From Rebecca billardiae RCC1528 (Eukaryota > Protista > Haptophyta), in contig OZ251243.1 in the NCBI GenBank assembly GCA_965240325.2, forward strand, positions 496,001 to 560,000: a DNA stretch of 64,000 bases, read 5' to 3'. The notes beneath the pieces are model-generated. The model did not search any database. It was not told where the DNA came from and worked only from the letters and a program-made list of their open reading frames with translations. The position numbers were made by a program, and so were the translations under genes. Shown piece by piece: positions 11,193 through 22,730 of this stretch. Each line of letters starts with the position of its first letter. The stretch's first letter is position 1.

Positions 11193-11300
11193 TGCTCCAA
11201 GGCCGTGGGCGGTCCGGCCCAGGCCTTGGCGGACCACGGGACCAGGGCAAGGCTTGGTAGTTTTGTTGCATGCGCGAGGTGAGTGCGCGCTGGTACAGTC

Positions 11301-12434
11301 ATGCGGCGATGGTCCCTCGGACGCGCTTTGGCGCTGGCTCTGCTGGTCATCGCGTGCCCCCTCGCCTCGCAGGCGCCGCTGTTGAGCTTTGGCATGGATG
11401 CAGGCGCGGTAGTACCTCCAACAGAGACCGGCAAGGGAGCGGGTCAGGTTGTCGGTGATAAAGCCGCGGGCAATGGCACCATCGAGCCTTCGGCCACGGC
11501 CGACGGGTGGCCGACGAGGGCGCGCCCCCGAGCCGCAGAGTCGCGCACCAAGCCCGTGCTGTACTTCCTGCACGTCTCGAAAGCAGCCGGGACCTCATTC
11601 ATCGTCGATGTGAAGGCAAAGTCGGGGCTTCACTCGTGCGGCGCGCGCTTCCAGCTGCACGAGTGCATCCAGCTGTCACACAGCAGCCAATTCCTTTTCG
11701 GCACGCTCACCAGAGCGAGGCGAGGCGGGTGCGACTTTACCGCGTGCGAGATCAGCTACGAGTGGGCCGAATCATACCATCACCTCGAGCAGGACGGTCG
11801 GATGCGCTTCTCCGTCATGCTGCGCTCCCCGGAACGGCACGTTCTCTCCATGTACTCAATGTGCCAGGACGCGAGATTCTCGAGGCTCCCGAAGATGTTG
11901 GGCCTTTTCAAAACGACGACAATCGACGAGTGGCTCGCGTACTTTGTGGACTCCGACCCGACCAAGGTGCCGGGCACCGGGATGGAGAGCGGGAAATGCT
12001 ACTTCAACCCGTACAACATGATGACCGCGCGGCTCTCTCCATTTGACCTCGACACACTCACGGCCAGTCTCAACCTCACGGTGGCCAAGGCGCGCATCGA
12101 CGCAGCGTTCCACGTCGGTGTCGCCGAGGAGTACACGGCATCGCTCTGCCTGCTGCTCAAGAAGCTCGGCCAGGCGCCCAGCTCGTGCAAGTGCGACTCG
12201 AACAAGGAGCTCGAGGTGACTCACACCAAGTTCCGAGGCACAAACACATCCGGTGTGGCGGAGTCTTTGTCTGCGCTCACACGCGAGCTGATCGCCGGTC
12301 TGACCGAACTCGACGCCGAGCTGTACGAGTACGGGCGCAGGCGCTTCGAGCGCGATTTGCGCGGCAGCGGGCTGTTGTGCCTGCTCAAGGAGCGCCACGA
12401 TGCTGACACCGATCGGCCCGATCGCCTACTGTGA
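11301..12434 (+). CDS. Secretory-pathway sulfotransferase (Sulfotransfer_2/HS6ST-like)
   Basis: Hydrophobic N-terminus, 5'-PSB motif LYFLHVSKAAGTSF, 3'-PB motif VMLRSPERHVLSMY, and C-terminal LD.ELY..G..RF. Confidence 0.85.
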   Translation: MRRWSLGRALALALLVIACPLASQAPLLSFGMDAGAVVPPTETGKGAGQVVGDKAAGNGTIEPSATADGWPTRARPRAAESRTKPVLYFLHVSKAAGTSFIVDVKAKSGLHSCGARFQLHECIQLSHSSQFLFGTLTRARRGGCDFTACEISYEWAESYHHLEQDGRMRFSVMLRSPERHVLSMYSMCQDARFSRLPKMLGLFKTTTIDEWLAYFVDSDPTKVPGTGMESGKCYFNPYNMMTARLSPFDLDTLTASLNLTVAKARIDAAFHVGVAEEYTASLCLLLKKLGQAPSSCKCDSNKELEVTHTKFRGTNTSGVAESLSALTRELIAGLTELDAELYEYGRRRFERDLRGSGLLCLLKERHDADTDRPDRLL

Positions 12435-13205
12435 CTGCGCAGGCTTCGTACTGCCGACGCTGCCAATGATTCAGCCAGGACTTTGTGAGTCACCGGCGGG
12501 CATTGGCGCAAGCGCTCCGCCACAGGCTCTGACATGACTCATGAGGCTACTGATGCCCGATCTGTAAATATAATCGCGCAGTCGTCTCACTGCATGTCGG
12601 CTGATGACGTGTCGGCAACTCGATGCCGAGCCCGATGGCACTCCGGCACTCAGTGAGCACACGGCCACGCGTCACAGCCGCGTACCGGAGCGGCGTAGTA
12701 TAGTAACTAGCCGCGAGTTCGGAAGTACTGAGTCCGGAATCTCGGCTGCCAGGCTTCGCCGGGCGCTTCGTCGGCGGCACGCCGCACGGCAGCACGCGGC
12801 CTCGGCCTCTCGGGCCCTTGTCTGTTGTCATCAGCGGTCCGAACTCGGAACTGGCGGACTGGCGGTGGCCGGTGCAGGCCCAGCGCGGTCTTAATAACTC
12901 GTCGCGCTCGTAGAGCCTAGCAGACGCGTGCCTGAGGCTGAGCCCGCGCGGTCGGACGACTCGGACGACTCACTGTCGACTGTCGACTCGGACGCGGGCC
13001 GACTTATCGGCACCGGAAGATTTTCTGTCGTCAGTCATCAGCATGCCCGCACGTCTGAGCCCGGGCACGGGCGCCGTCTTAGAGAAATCGGCGTCGTCAC
13101 TGTGTGACATCACACTTCATATGATTATTATTACAAAATGCCATACTGCATGCATACATGTACGTAGCGAGAGAGAGAGGGAGGGAGAGAGAGAGATCGA
13201 GATGA

Positions 13206-14186
13206 TCAATGACAATGTTGCTCGTCCGTACTGTCGGCAGTTGGTGGCGCCGTTGCTTTGACGATGCCGTCTTCTGCCACCACCACCGCAGACGCGGGTG
13301 GCGATGGCGGCAAGCAGGCGTCTGCCGCGCTCTGTGGCGTATCCGGCGCGGGACTTCCGACGGGCGCCTCACGCGGCGCCGATTCCCTCGCCAGACTCGG
13401 CGCGCCGGACTCGGCCAAGGCAGCATCTGTGCTGCGCTCCGCTGCACGGTGCTTGCTCCGGTGCCCGTGTCGGCGCGAGTGGTGATGAACCGACGACGAC
13501 GGGGCCATGGCGGCCTCCCCAGCCGTGTTGAGCAGTGCGGCGAGTCGCACGTCCTCGGACGCCGGGCACGCAGCCAGCTGGTCCGCGCCGCCCGTGCTCT
13601 CGGCGGCTGCTGGCAGGAGGAGTGCGCTGGAGGAGTGCCGCACGCTATCAACTGCGCTCTTGCCTGACTTGGCTACGAATGAGCGGAACTCGCCGTTGGT
13701 GAGGAGGATGCATGCGCCGGGCAGGAGAAGAGGCAACGAGACGGTCACCACGAGCCCGGCCGCGAGCACGCCCACGCCCATGGCGGGGATGAGGACGGGC
13801 GTCGCCCCGAGGAGCGCAAGGGCTGCCGTCGGGTTCGCTCGGAGCGTGCGCTCCGCGCGCACGCCGAGCTGCGAGCTGCGTGCGGCCTTCACCAGACTGC
13901 GCGCATCGCCCATACCATACCGAGCGTACTCGAGTGCACGCGGTCCGAAGTATCCCACGGCGACGGCGGTGCCGCCGGTGAGCAAGATAGGCAGGCAGCA
14001 GATGAAGCCCACGCCGAGCACGGCGGCGGCAAAGATGAGGAACGGGGAGAAGGCGGCGACACACGTGCCGCAGGCGATGAGCGTCAGGGGTGAGTGCTGC
14101 GCGTACGCGAGCGTGTCGTTGAGCACGGCAGCCATGCGCGGTGGAAGCCGCGCGGCAAGCGCCGCTCGGTCGAGTGATACCACCAT
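13206..14186 (-). CDS. Membrane protein with two Pro-containing hydrophobic hairpins (oleosin-like candidate)
   Basis: MVVSLDR..., with two ~45-aa uncharged stretches containing FSPFLIF...LPILL and ATPVLIPA...LPLLLP. Confidence 0.65.
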   Translation of the reverse strand: MVVSLDRAALAARLPPRMAAVLNDTLAYAQHSPLTLIACGTCVAAFSPFLIFAAAVLGVGFICCLPILLTGGTAVAVGYFGPRALEYARYGMGDARSLVKAARSSQLGVRAERTLRANPTAALALLGATPVLIPAMGVGVLAAGLVVTVSLPLLLPGACILLTNGEFRSFVAKSGKSAVDSVRHSSSALLLPAAAESTGGADQLAACPASEDVRLAALLNTAGEAAMAPSSSVHHHSRRHGHRSKHRAAERSTDAALAESGAPSLARESAPREAPVGSPAPDTPQSAADACLPPSPPASAVVVAEDGIVKATAPPTADSTDEQHCH

Positions 14187-14567
14187 CGCGTCCCGGGTGA
14201 AGCGAATCTTGCGGTGGCCGGTGTCACGCCTCACGGTGTGTGTCCGGGTCCGGGAGGTCCGGCACGGCCGGTCAGGGTGGGCCGGTCCGGGTGGGGCGTG
14301 CCGATAAAGGCGATATATACCGCTGACGCAGTGACCGTCGGTGAGTGCTCGGCTGCTTGCAGAAGCAGCGCCGCGGTGTGTCCAGACTCTGACTGGACAC
14401 AGAGACGGAGTCAGCTGGGCTGCGCTCAGAGTGCGCGCATTGCTGACTGCAGGCAGCCGACTGTCGGACTGACGGACGGCACGGACGCGTCCGCAGCTCG
14501 TCGCTTGCCGACGCGCAGCCTGCTTGAGAGGCGGATGGCGTGCGATTGGCATCCCGGTGTCTCGCGG

Positions 14568-16499
14568 TCACGACCTTGGCGGGAACATCGGCGGCGTCAA
14601 CTGCCTCGCCAGCGCCATGAGAAGCTCCGTGGACACCGCCTCCTTTACGCCCACCGGCGGCGGAGCTGCATGCGCGAGGGCGTGCTCGAGCCCCAGTCGC
14701 GCGAGGTCGGCCTGATGCCCGCCGGAAATCGCCAGCCCGGGCTCGAGCCGCGGCACCGGCCGCGGATCGGCGCTGTTCGCGACGCCGGGCCCGCATGAGC
14801 TCCGTCGCGAGTCGACGCACAGTGTCGGCGGGACCGCGACGGCTGTGCCGAGCAGGGGGCTAGGCAGCTGGCTCGCGCTGAGCGACGGCGGTGCCACGAG
14901 CCGCTGCCACAGCGCCGCGCCGTCCGTGTCCTCCGACGCGGCCGCCAGCTCCCGCAGCAGCTGCTCGCCGGCATCGAGCGCGGGCAGCGGCGCGGAGCAA
15001 GTGGGCAGCCTGAACGGCGGCACCACCATCGCGGACACCGGCATGGTGAGCGCCGACACGCGCCCTGCGCCCGTGCCCGCCGCCGCGGCCTCGGACTGCG
15101 GCAGAGCGGGCGGCGGCAGCAGGAGGCATGGCGCGGGCGGCGCGAGCGGCAGCTGTGGCGAGCACGCGAGCGGTGGTGTGCGCCACGCGCCCGCGGCGTC
15201 GGCGCGCGTCCCGGCCGGCGTGCATGCTGCGGCATTTGCCGCGGGCGGCAGCACCGCGGACAGCTCCCACAACGCGTCGCCCACGCTCGTGGGCAGCGGA
15301 GCGGCCGCGGCGGGCGGCGGCGCGGCGTGGAGCGCAAAGCAGGCCCACAGCTCACGCCCCGCGTCTCGCAGCGCGCAGCGCACGCTCACGGCGTACGGGC
15401 CGTCGCGCTGGCCTCCGGCACTGAGGAAGGTGGGCACGTTCGAGCGGCGCTCGACCGCCCACACGTGCCCGGGCGCCGCCTCCTTGTCGAAGAGGCCGTG
15501 CGCGCCGCTGACCGCGCGCGCCCACAGCCCGACGACCGCGCGCTGGTCCTCGCGCGACGCAAAGAGTCCGGACCAGAACTGGAGCGCCTCGGAGTACACG
15601 CCGACGTTGGGGCCGGTGGCGAGCGAGGTGGGCGGGACGCCGAGCCGCGCCCAGCGCGCGAGGAGCGCCGCGTTCGGAATGTACTTGTGCACGCCGCCGA
15701 TATCCACGCGCGTGAAGCACGGCGTTGCCGAGTGATGCCACTCACTCACGTGTGCAGGCATCTGCGGCGCCGTGGGCAGGCCCACGTCTGCGTGCACGTA
15801 CCCGAGCTCCATCATGCGCATCGCGTCCTCATGGTCGAGCTGAAGCTCGTCGGCGACGGCGAACGCCTCCCCCGTGCTCGCTGCGCCGAGCGGAGCGGGC
15901 GCGCGCAGCGTGAGCGCCGGGGAGGTCAGGCGCGGGTCAGCGGCATGCGCGCGCGCGGCGTGCGCGCGCGGGCGCGGCGTGCGCAGCGCGCGCCGCGCAC
16001 CCCAGTCGCCTCGCAGGCGCGCCGCTGAGAACGCGAACTTGGCATACAGCAAGCGCGCGATGCCCCAGTTGATGTCACTCAGTAGCACACCCCGAACCAG
16101 CTCTGCGTACTCGCATGACGTGTTGTCGCCGCGCGCCCCGCCGCTGTCCGCCGCTGTCAGCGCCGGCGTCGGCAGCGTCGGCGCATTGGCGTTGGGCAGC
16201 TTCGGAGCCTTCGATGGTGGAGGCGGCGTCGGAGAGCATGCCGTCTCGGTGTCATCGGCGTTGCGCTTGATCGAGGCATTGCGAGCGCCGGCCGGGCGCT
16301 TGTGCGTGCGCGAGCGCTCGGATGCGATGCAGTCCAGTCCGAGCCGCGCGCAGCGCGAGCATGAGCGCACAGGGCCGGTGCACGCCTCGTAGTCGCAGCG
16401 CAGCTTGGCCTCGCGGCACTCCGAGCACACGAGGCGCGCCGCGGGATGCCTGCGCAAAGGCGGCTTGGGCCAGAGCGCCCTGCCCGTGGACGAGAACAT
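14568..16499 (-). CDS. Zn(2)-Cys(6) binuclear cluster transcription factor; probable in-frame intron 16000-15881
   Basis: CSECREAKLRCDYEACTGPVRSCSRCARLGLDC matches Cx2Cx6C...Cx2Cx6C. The 3' end is uncertain. Confidence 0.8.
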   Translation of the reverse strand: MFSSTGRALWPKPPLRRHPAARLVCSECREAKLRCDYEACTGPVRSCSRCARLGLDCIASERSRTHKRPAGARNASIKRNADDTETACSPTPPPPSKAPKLPNANAPTLPTPALTAADSGGARGDNTSCEYAELVRGVLLSDINWGIARLLYAKFAFSAARLRGDWGARRALRTPRPRAHAARAHAADPRLTSPALTLRAPAPLGAASTGEAFAVADELQLDHEDAMRMMELGYVHADVGLPTAPQMPAHVSEWHHSATPCFTRVDIGGVHKYIPNAALLARWARLGVPPTSLATGPNVGVYSEALQFWSGLFASREDQRAVVGLWARAVSGAHGLFDKEAAPGHVWAVERRSNVPTFLSAGGQRDGPYAVSVRCALRDAGRELWACFALHAAPPPAAAAPLPTSVGDALWELSAVLPPAANAAACTPAGTRADAAGAWRTPPLACSPQLPLAPPAPCLLLPPPALPQSEAAAAGTGAGRVSALTMPVSAMVVPPFRLPTCSAPLPALDAGEQLLRELAAASEDTDGAALWQRLVAPPSLSASQLPSPLLGTAVAVPPTLCVDSRRSSCGPGVANSADPRPVPRLEPGLAISGGHQADLARLGLEHALAHAAPPPVGVKEAVSTELLMALARQLTPPMFPPRS

Positions 16500-17578
16500 C
16501 GCGCACGATATCGTGGGGATGAGTTGGGTACGCCTACCCGTGTAAATTCCCTAAACTCCGAGAGATGTTCCGAGATTGTATTGAGCTGTGTATGCTGGTC
16601 GTCAAGTTCGGTTTGATTTCCCTTGAGTGCCACACTATCAGATCGCGACCTAGGCAAGATCGTGTCTCAGATCATATTAGAGATATAGATAAATCTGGTC
16701 ATGCCCGAGGTATGCCGAGATAGCCAAAGGATTTTTTCTGATTCGACTTTCGTTAACAAGCACACCCCCAGCATGAAGAGAAGTATCCAGCGGCCGTTGG
16801 CAGGGGCTTAGGGCTAATCAAGGCGCCCAACTACTACACTAGGTCCTGAGCACACATATTAATATTGCATGACTCGCTTTGTGAGTCGCAGAGTGTATCT
16901 TCATGCGAATTGAGTAAAGTTGAGCGTATGTAACGTGCACGTCCGATTCTCATTATTATGGTATCCGCATTTCTGGTAAGTATCATGACCATGTACAGTT
17001 TATTTGTTTCAAACCTGACTGTGAAGGAGCCGCCATTGAAAGCGCCAGTTGGACTATGGCGCCCGAGATAGCTTGAGAACCAGTGAACCACGGCATGCGC
17101 GTCATCGGGCGCGTCAGGCACGCACAGCTCGCTCCTTCTCTCCTCATGCCCACGTAACGCCTGCGCGGAAGCACAGAAATGGCCTGTGCACTGATTAGGT
17201 GGAGGGATGCGGGCTTCTGCGTGTGAGCGGCAAGCACGGACCGTAGGCTCGTCCGTGCGCTCCGCAAGCGCACGCGCGCTGCGCGCCGCCGCCTCGCTCG
17301 TCGTCGCGCACGCCGTGCGGGCCAATAATCTCCTGTCAAACGACCCATCCCAGCCTTCATGATGTAGTACAAGTACAAGCACTCGTCCGGTACAGTACAG
17401 TTGACTAAGAATAAGAGACGCACACTCGCACACGCGATCGCGGCAAAAGCCTGCCTGCGCCACGCGGGCCTCGCCGCCGGTGCCTCATCTCCTGACTCCT
17501 CGTCCACGTCCATTGCGGTCGTGTCGAGGGCGTTTGGCTGGAGCTGCATCCACGAATATTGGCACGGTGCTGCCCGAG

Positions 17579-17633
17579 CCTAACGCTGAGGCGGCGCGCT
17601 TGCCGAAGCGAAGCTCGCCGCCTCAGCGTTAGG
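17579..17633. other. Strong hairpin with an 18-bp perfect stem
   Basis: CCTAACGCTGAGGCGGCG ... CGCCGCCTCAGCGTTAGG. Confidence 0.85.
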
Positions 17634-19488
17634 ATCATTGGAAATCGCCACCGGGTACACCCGGCACCATGGGCCCATGGCTGTTCATGCGCCTCGGGGG
17701 CATTGGCAACGAGCCCACCTGCACCGGCGTTGCACCGCTCCGCATCCAGTGATTGATGATCCAGACCTGTCTGGCACCACTGATTTAGGGCATATAGGTC
17801 CGGTGATGATGAGTATTTAATCGCAGTCCGGCCTCAAGGCCAAGCGGATCTGGGGGCTTGCTGAAATGTTTGCGGGTGGTTAGGCTAGGGAAGGACGTTT
17901 TTCGGCTCTCAACCAGATGTGGTGAGTAGCCTGATGACGGAAAAATAGTACTTATCCGGTCACCGGTGTGACTCGCTTGGCCATGGTCGTCTCATCAGAC
18001 GTCAATATCCGGGAATGATGCCAACACTATACGTACAACATGAGATGAGACATGAGTCTCGGAGTCACTCACAGTGAGTGAGAAAGAAACAGTCACTGGG
18101 GGCACTCCGCCCGAGCCGGCGGCACTGTGTGAGTCCACAGGCCGCTCAGCCGTCGGACTCGGGAGGCTCTGCGTTATTCCGTGAATAATTCAGACTCAGG
18201 TGCCGTTAGAAAGTTATAACTACTAACTATACGCAGGGCTGTTGCGCCATCTGGACAAACACGCCCACGGTTCCGGTCTTCTTCAGATCTCGCTTCCGAG
18301 ACTCCAATGTACAGTCGCGTCTTACTTTCTTTCAAAATAGTATTTCTCGCGTAGTTATTAATAATGTAAGTGCACGTTGACTACGAATGACGTGTTAACA
18401 AATAACAATACGTTATACGAGTTACCGACTAAGCTAAGGTATTATACCGCGTACTCGTCTCAGAATTTACCGGTCGGTCACGGAGTACTAGTCGGCATGA
18501 ACTGTTCACGGTGTAATCGGACTACAGTAGTGGGTGTGACACGAGTAGTAGCTGCCACTGCTAATAGGTGCGTAAACCACAGCCGACTCCAGTCACCGGT
18601 GACGGTGTCCATCGCCACAGAGCACGGTGTGAGTGATACTGACAGGAAGATTTCACAGGATCAGGATGTCGATCAGCCACTGCCATCAGACCGGTGAAGC
18701 AACGGTCCGAGGCACCAACCAACTCATGACGCAGCAAACTGGCTGAGCGATGCGCGCGGGACCCGCCAGGTCAGCCGGACGGCAGGCGCTGCTGCTGGCA
18801 TCTGCCGTTCCCTGCTGGGATCAAAGCAGCCGTCGAAGGAAACAATGCAGCAGCACGGCACCTCGTCGAAGTTCCTGTGCTTGCTGCACCTCCGAGAAAA
18901 AGGCCTAGGTGCTCAGCCACTGCCCTGAACGATGTACCAGCACGTGCCGTTGCAGAGCGGGCACCCTTTTACACTGCCGTGCAGCATGACGCGTCCCCAG
19001 CCACCGCAGGCAGCGCACGGCGCGAAGCGAGTCCGCTGTGGCTCAGCGCTGTGCGCTGCGACGCTCACGCCCTTGTCGGTGCGTGCGCGCTTCGTGGTCG
19101 AGATCCAGGCAATGGACGCCTCGTCAAGCTCTGCGAGGCACACTCGCTTCGTCCCCGCGAATTGCTCGGGGGGCTCGCGCATTTCGCTCCCAGCGAGCCA
19201 CTCTGTCCGCTCGCCCCCCTCGTCCACCACCGGCCACATTCCTTTGAGCACCCAGCGAGGCGCGAAAGAAGTACTGAGACGACGACGACGGTTGGCCGTC
19301 CCAGGTATTGTAGTAGTAGGTCAGGGCCACCGGCCACGTGATCACTACTGATCGTCTGATCCACTGAAGGCGGAGTCCGTCAGCGCAAAGCAGCGCCGAA
19401 CCGGACTCTTCACCTCCGAGCCGGGCGACCTCATCAACGTGGCTGCCTCCCCACGAGGTTGACGAGCGCGCCAGAACGACTGCCGGCG

Positions 19489-21022
19489 ATGGCGGCACGA
19501 TGCACGCTCGCCTTGCTCGGCTGCCTCGTGGTGCACGCCGCGGCGTGGGGCGTCTCCGTCCGCCGTCACGAGGTTCGCCGCGCCCGTCGGGTCGCCAGCC
19601 CGCGCATGGACTACGCGCCCGCCGCCGCGAGCGAGATCCCGATCAGCAGTTCAGTCAGCGACCCGCGGCCGAAGAAGGTGCTGGTGCTCGGCGGCGACGG
19701 CTTCTGCGGCTGGCCGACGTCGCTGCACCTCGCCGATAAGGGCCACGAGGTGATCATCATCGACAACCTTAGCCGGCGCAACATCGATACGGAGCTCGGC
19801 GTCTCTTCGCTCACGCCGATCGCGACGCCGCAGGTGCGCGTCGACACGTGGAACAAGCTCACGGGGAAGGAGGTGCGCTTCATCAACATGGACCTCGCCG
19901 CGGACTACGACCTCTTCCTGCAGCTGCTCAAGCAGGAGAAGCCCGACACCATCGTGCACTTCGCCGAGCAGCGTGCGGCGCCGTACTCCATGAAGTCGTC
20001 GCGGCACAAGCGGTACACGATCAACAACAACGTGGGCGTCACGCACAACGTGCTCGCGGCCGTCGTCGACTCGGGCCTGGACATTCACCTCGTGCACCTT
20101 GGTGCGCGTCCGCGCGGGCCTCGCCCCTCGCCCCGCCGTCCGGCCTCGCGCGTGCCACGCCCGCTCCGGCGATTCCCGCGGCCCGCGCGCGTGCCGACGC
20201 GCGCGTTCGCGCCGCGCCGCGCGCCGCGTGCGTGCAGGCACGATGGGCGTGTACGGGTACGGCAACAGTGGCGGCGAGATCCCCGAGGGGTACATCGACG
20301 TGGTCCTCCCTGGCGGCCGCGAGAAGCGCATCCTGCACCCGGCGTACCCCGGCTCGATCTACCACACGACCAAGTGCCTCGACGCGCTGCTCTTCCAGTT
20401 CTACGTTCAGAACGACGCGCTGCGCATCACCGACCTGCACCAGGGGATCGTGTGGGGCACGAACACGGAGCAGACGGTGCGCGACGAGCGGCTGGTGAAC
20501 CGCTTCGACTACGACGGCGACTACGGCACCGTGCTCAACCGCTTCCTCATGCAGGGCGCGCTCGGCATCCCGCTCACCGTGTACGGCACGGGCGGGCAGA
20601 CGCGCGCGCTCATCCACGTCAGCGACACCGCGCGCTGCATCGAGCTCGCGGTCAACAACCCGCCCGCGACGGGCTCGCCGGTGGAGATCCTCAACCAGAT
20701 CGCGGAGACGGCGCGTGTGCGCGACCTCGCCGAGCTCGTCTCGCAGAAGACGGGCACCGAGCTCCAGTTCGTCACCAACCCGCGCAAGGAGGCGGCTGAG
20801 AACCCGCTCGAGGTCTCGAACCAAAAGTTCAAGCTGCTCGGCCTCGACCCCATCCTTCTCAACTCGGCTGAGGGGCTGCTTGAGGAGGTCGAGACGGTCG
20901 CCCAGCGGTACAAGGACCGATGCGACGTGAACGCTGTCGTCTCCAAGTCGTACTGGAACAAGGAGCGCGCGTCGGCGGCGGGCGCATCCGAGGGCGTCAA
21001 GCTCGGCTCGATGGCAAAGTAG
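19489..21022 (+). CDS. SQD1: UDP-sulfoquinovose synthase, plastid-targeted; exons 19489-20101, 20238-21022
   Basis: VLVLGGDGFCGWPTSLHL, VHFAEQRAAPYSM, HLVHLG/TMGVYG, PGSIYHTTK, TDLHQGIVWG, RFDYDGDYGTVLNRF. Signal peptide plus transit-like leader. Confidence 0.96.
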
Positions 21023-22730
21023 TGAGTGTGCGCGCGCGCCGTGAGCATGCGCGTCACGCCTGCTCCCGAGCGAGCCGCGCACGCGTGCTGGTCGCGGACG
21101 CGCGATTCGACGCCGAGACTCGAGAGGGCGTGCCACAGCGGCGATGGCCATCGTGATGGCGCGACGACAGCGCCGGTCGGTCGGAATGGCCGCCCCACGC
21201 GGAGGCGATGGCACCGACGAAGGCGGCAATCGACAACGGCGAGGGACGGCCCAATGGGCTGCATCGCTGCACACATGTTGGTGGTTCCTGCTCGGGATCT
21301 GCTGGCTCGGAGGGTCCTGCTGTGATAGCTGCTGCTAGCCCTTCAGTGCGTCCAGCCCGCGTGCGCGGCTGGCGCGAGAGATATCGATTTACTTATTAAT
21401 ATTATGATTATTATAATTTATTTGAAAAAAGTATTTTAATAGCAGACCCGAGACCGGCGGATCGGACGATGATTAACGGCAACGCCGCGAACCGCCCGCC
21501 CAGCCGAACGGCGAAGGCGCGCGCTGATAGTGATGCGATATATTCATCGCCATTATAGTTATTTTATTAATTATTATAATTATGAATACTTACAGCTAAG
21601 CGACTTATTGAAAATGGCTCGTCGTTTCAATAACGACTGAAAGGGCGCGGTCGCGGACACGGGACCGCGTCAGTGCGTATAACGGGTCACTAGCTTAGCT
21701 ATAAGTACTCACTGCCAGGACGGCCCGGCCGATAACGGTGACCTGCGCACTTCGACTTCCAATGTCTGGGCCACCTGTAACTACATACTCATAGGCCGTA
21801 TCTAGTGACTGGTAGTGGGGTCCGCTCGGAGCGCTGACCCCCCACTGGTAGCATTGGGAATCAGTAAGGCCGACGGGCATACCGTCGCGACATACACATA
21901 TATACTGTACCGTGTACGCGCGCGCCAATTCAATAACAATTCACGCGCCAGGCCCAGGCGGAGCAATCGGCATTTCCGTGGCGTCGCAGGCGGGCTGTTC
22001 CGCCGTTCTCCCTGATGCGGCTTCGAGGAAACCGCCATCAATTGATCTATGTATGGGATACTGGCGTCAGATGCTCAAGACGAGGCAGCTGCGCCGCAGC
22101 CTGCTTTCACGGCACGCGTGACCCGCGTGGCCATGCAGGTCCGGGTCGCCGAATGGCACTCTAGCTACCGGGCCGCTTGATTCGGCCGTTCTGTCGAAGC
22201 TGCGCGTGGATCGGTGGCACAAAGCAGGGTCGTCGGACTTACTGATTAGGTGCTTTTGCGCCATGGCCTGACTGATTAGCACAAAGGAGGCACAAGGGAG
22301 GGTCGTCGGTCTTACCGAATGTCTGTCATAGCAGTACTTCATCCAGTCTTCCTGTAACCAACGCATTAGCCATTAGGTGTAAGCGTGCAGCCGCTCTCCT
22401 CTGTGCGGCGCTCCCGGGCAGCGCGTGGCCCATCACGACCTGGCCGGTACATCCCGCGTGCCACCGCCCGAGACCACGCCATTGGCTGCGTGGGCGCCGC
22501 CCTACGTGACCGGGCGTTTGTGGCCCGCCGCCGCCATGCGCCACATGGGGGGCTCCGCGGAGATTCCTTCGTTCGACGAGGCGACGTTCTCAGGAACGTT
22601 GGATTCCGATGCCAAGGCGCAGCCCACGTCCCGTGGCCGATGGACGGTGCAACTGCAGCGGTACGTGCTGCCTGCCACGCGGAATCTCAGCCGGCAGCTG
22701 GCGTTGACAGCGCTCCCCACGCGCGTCGCG

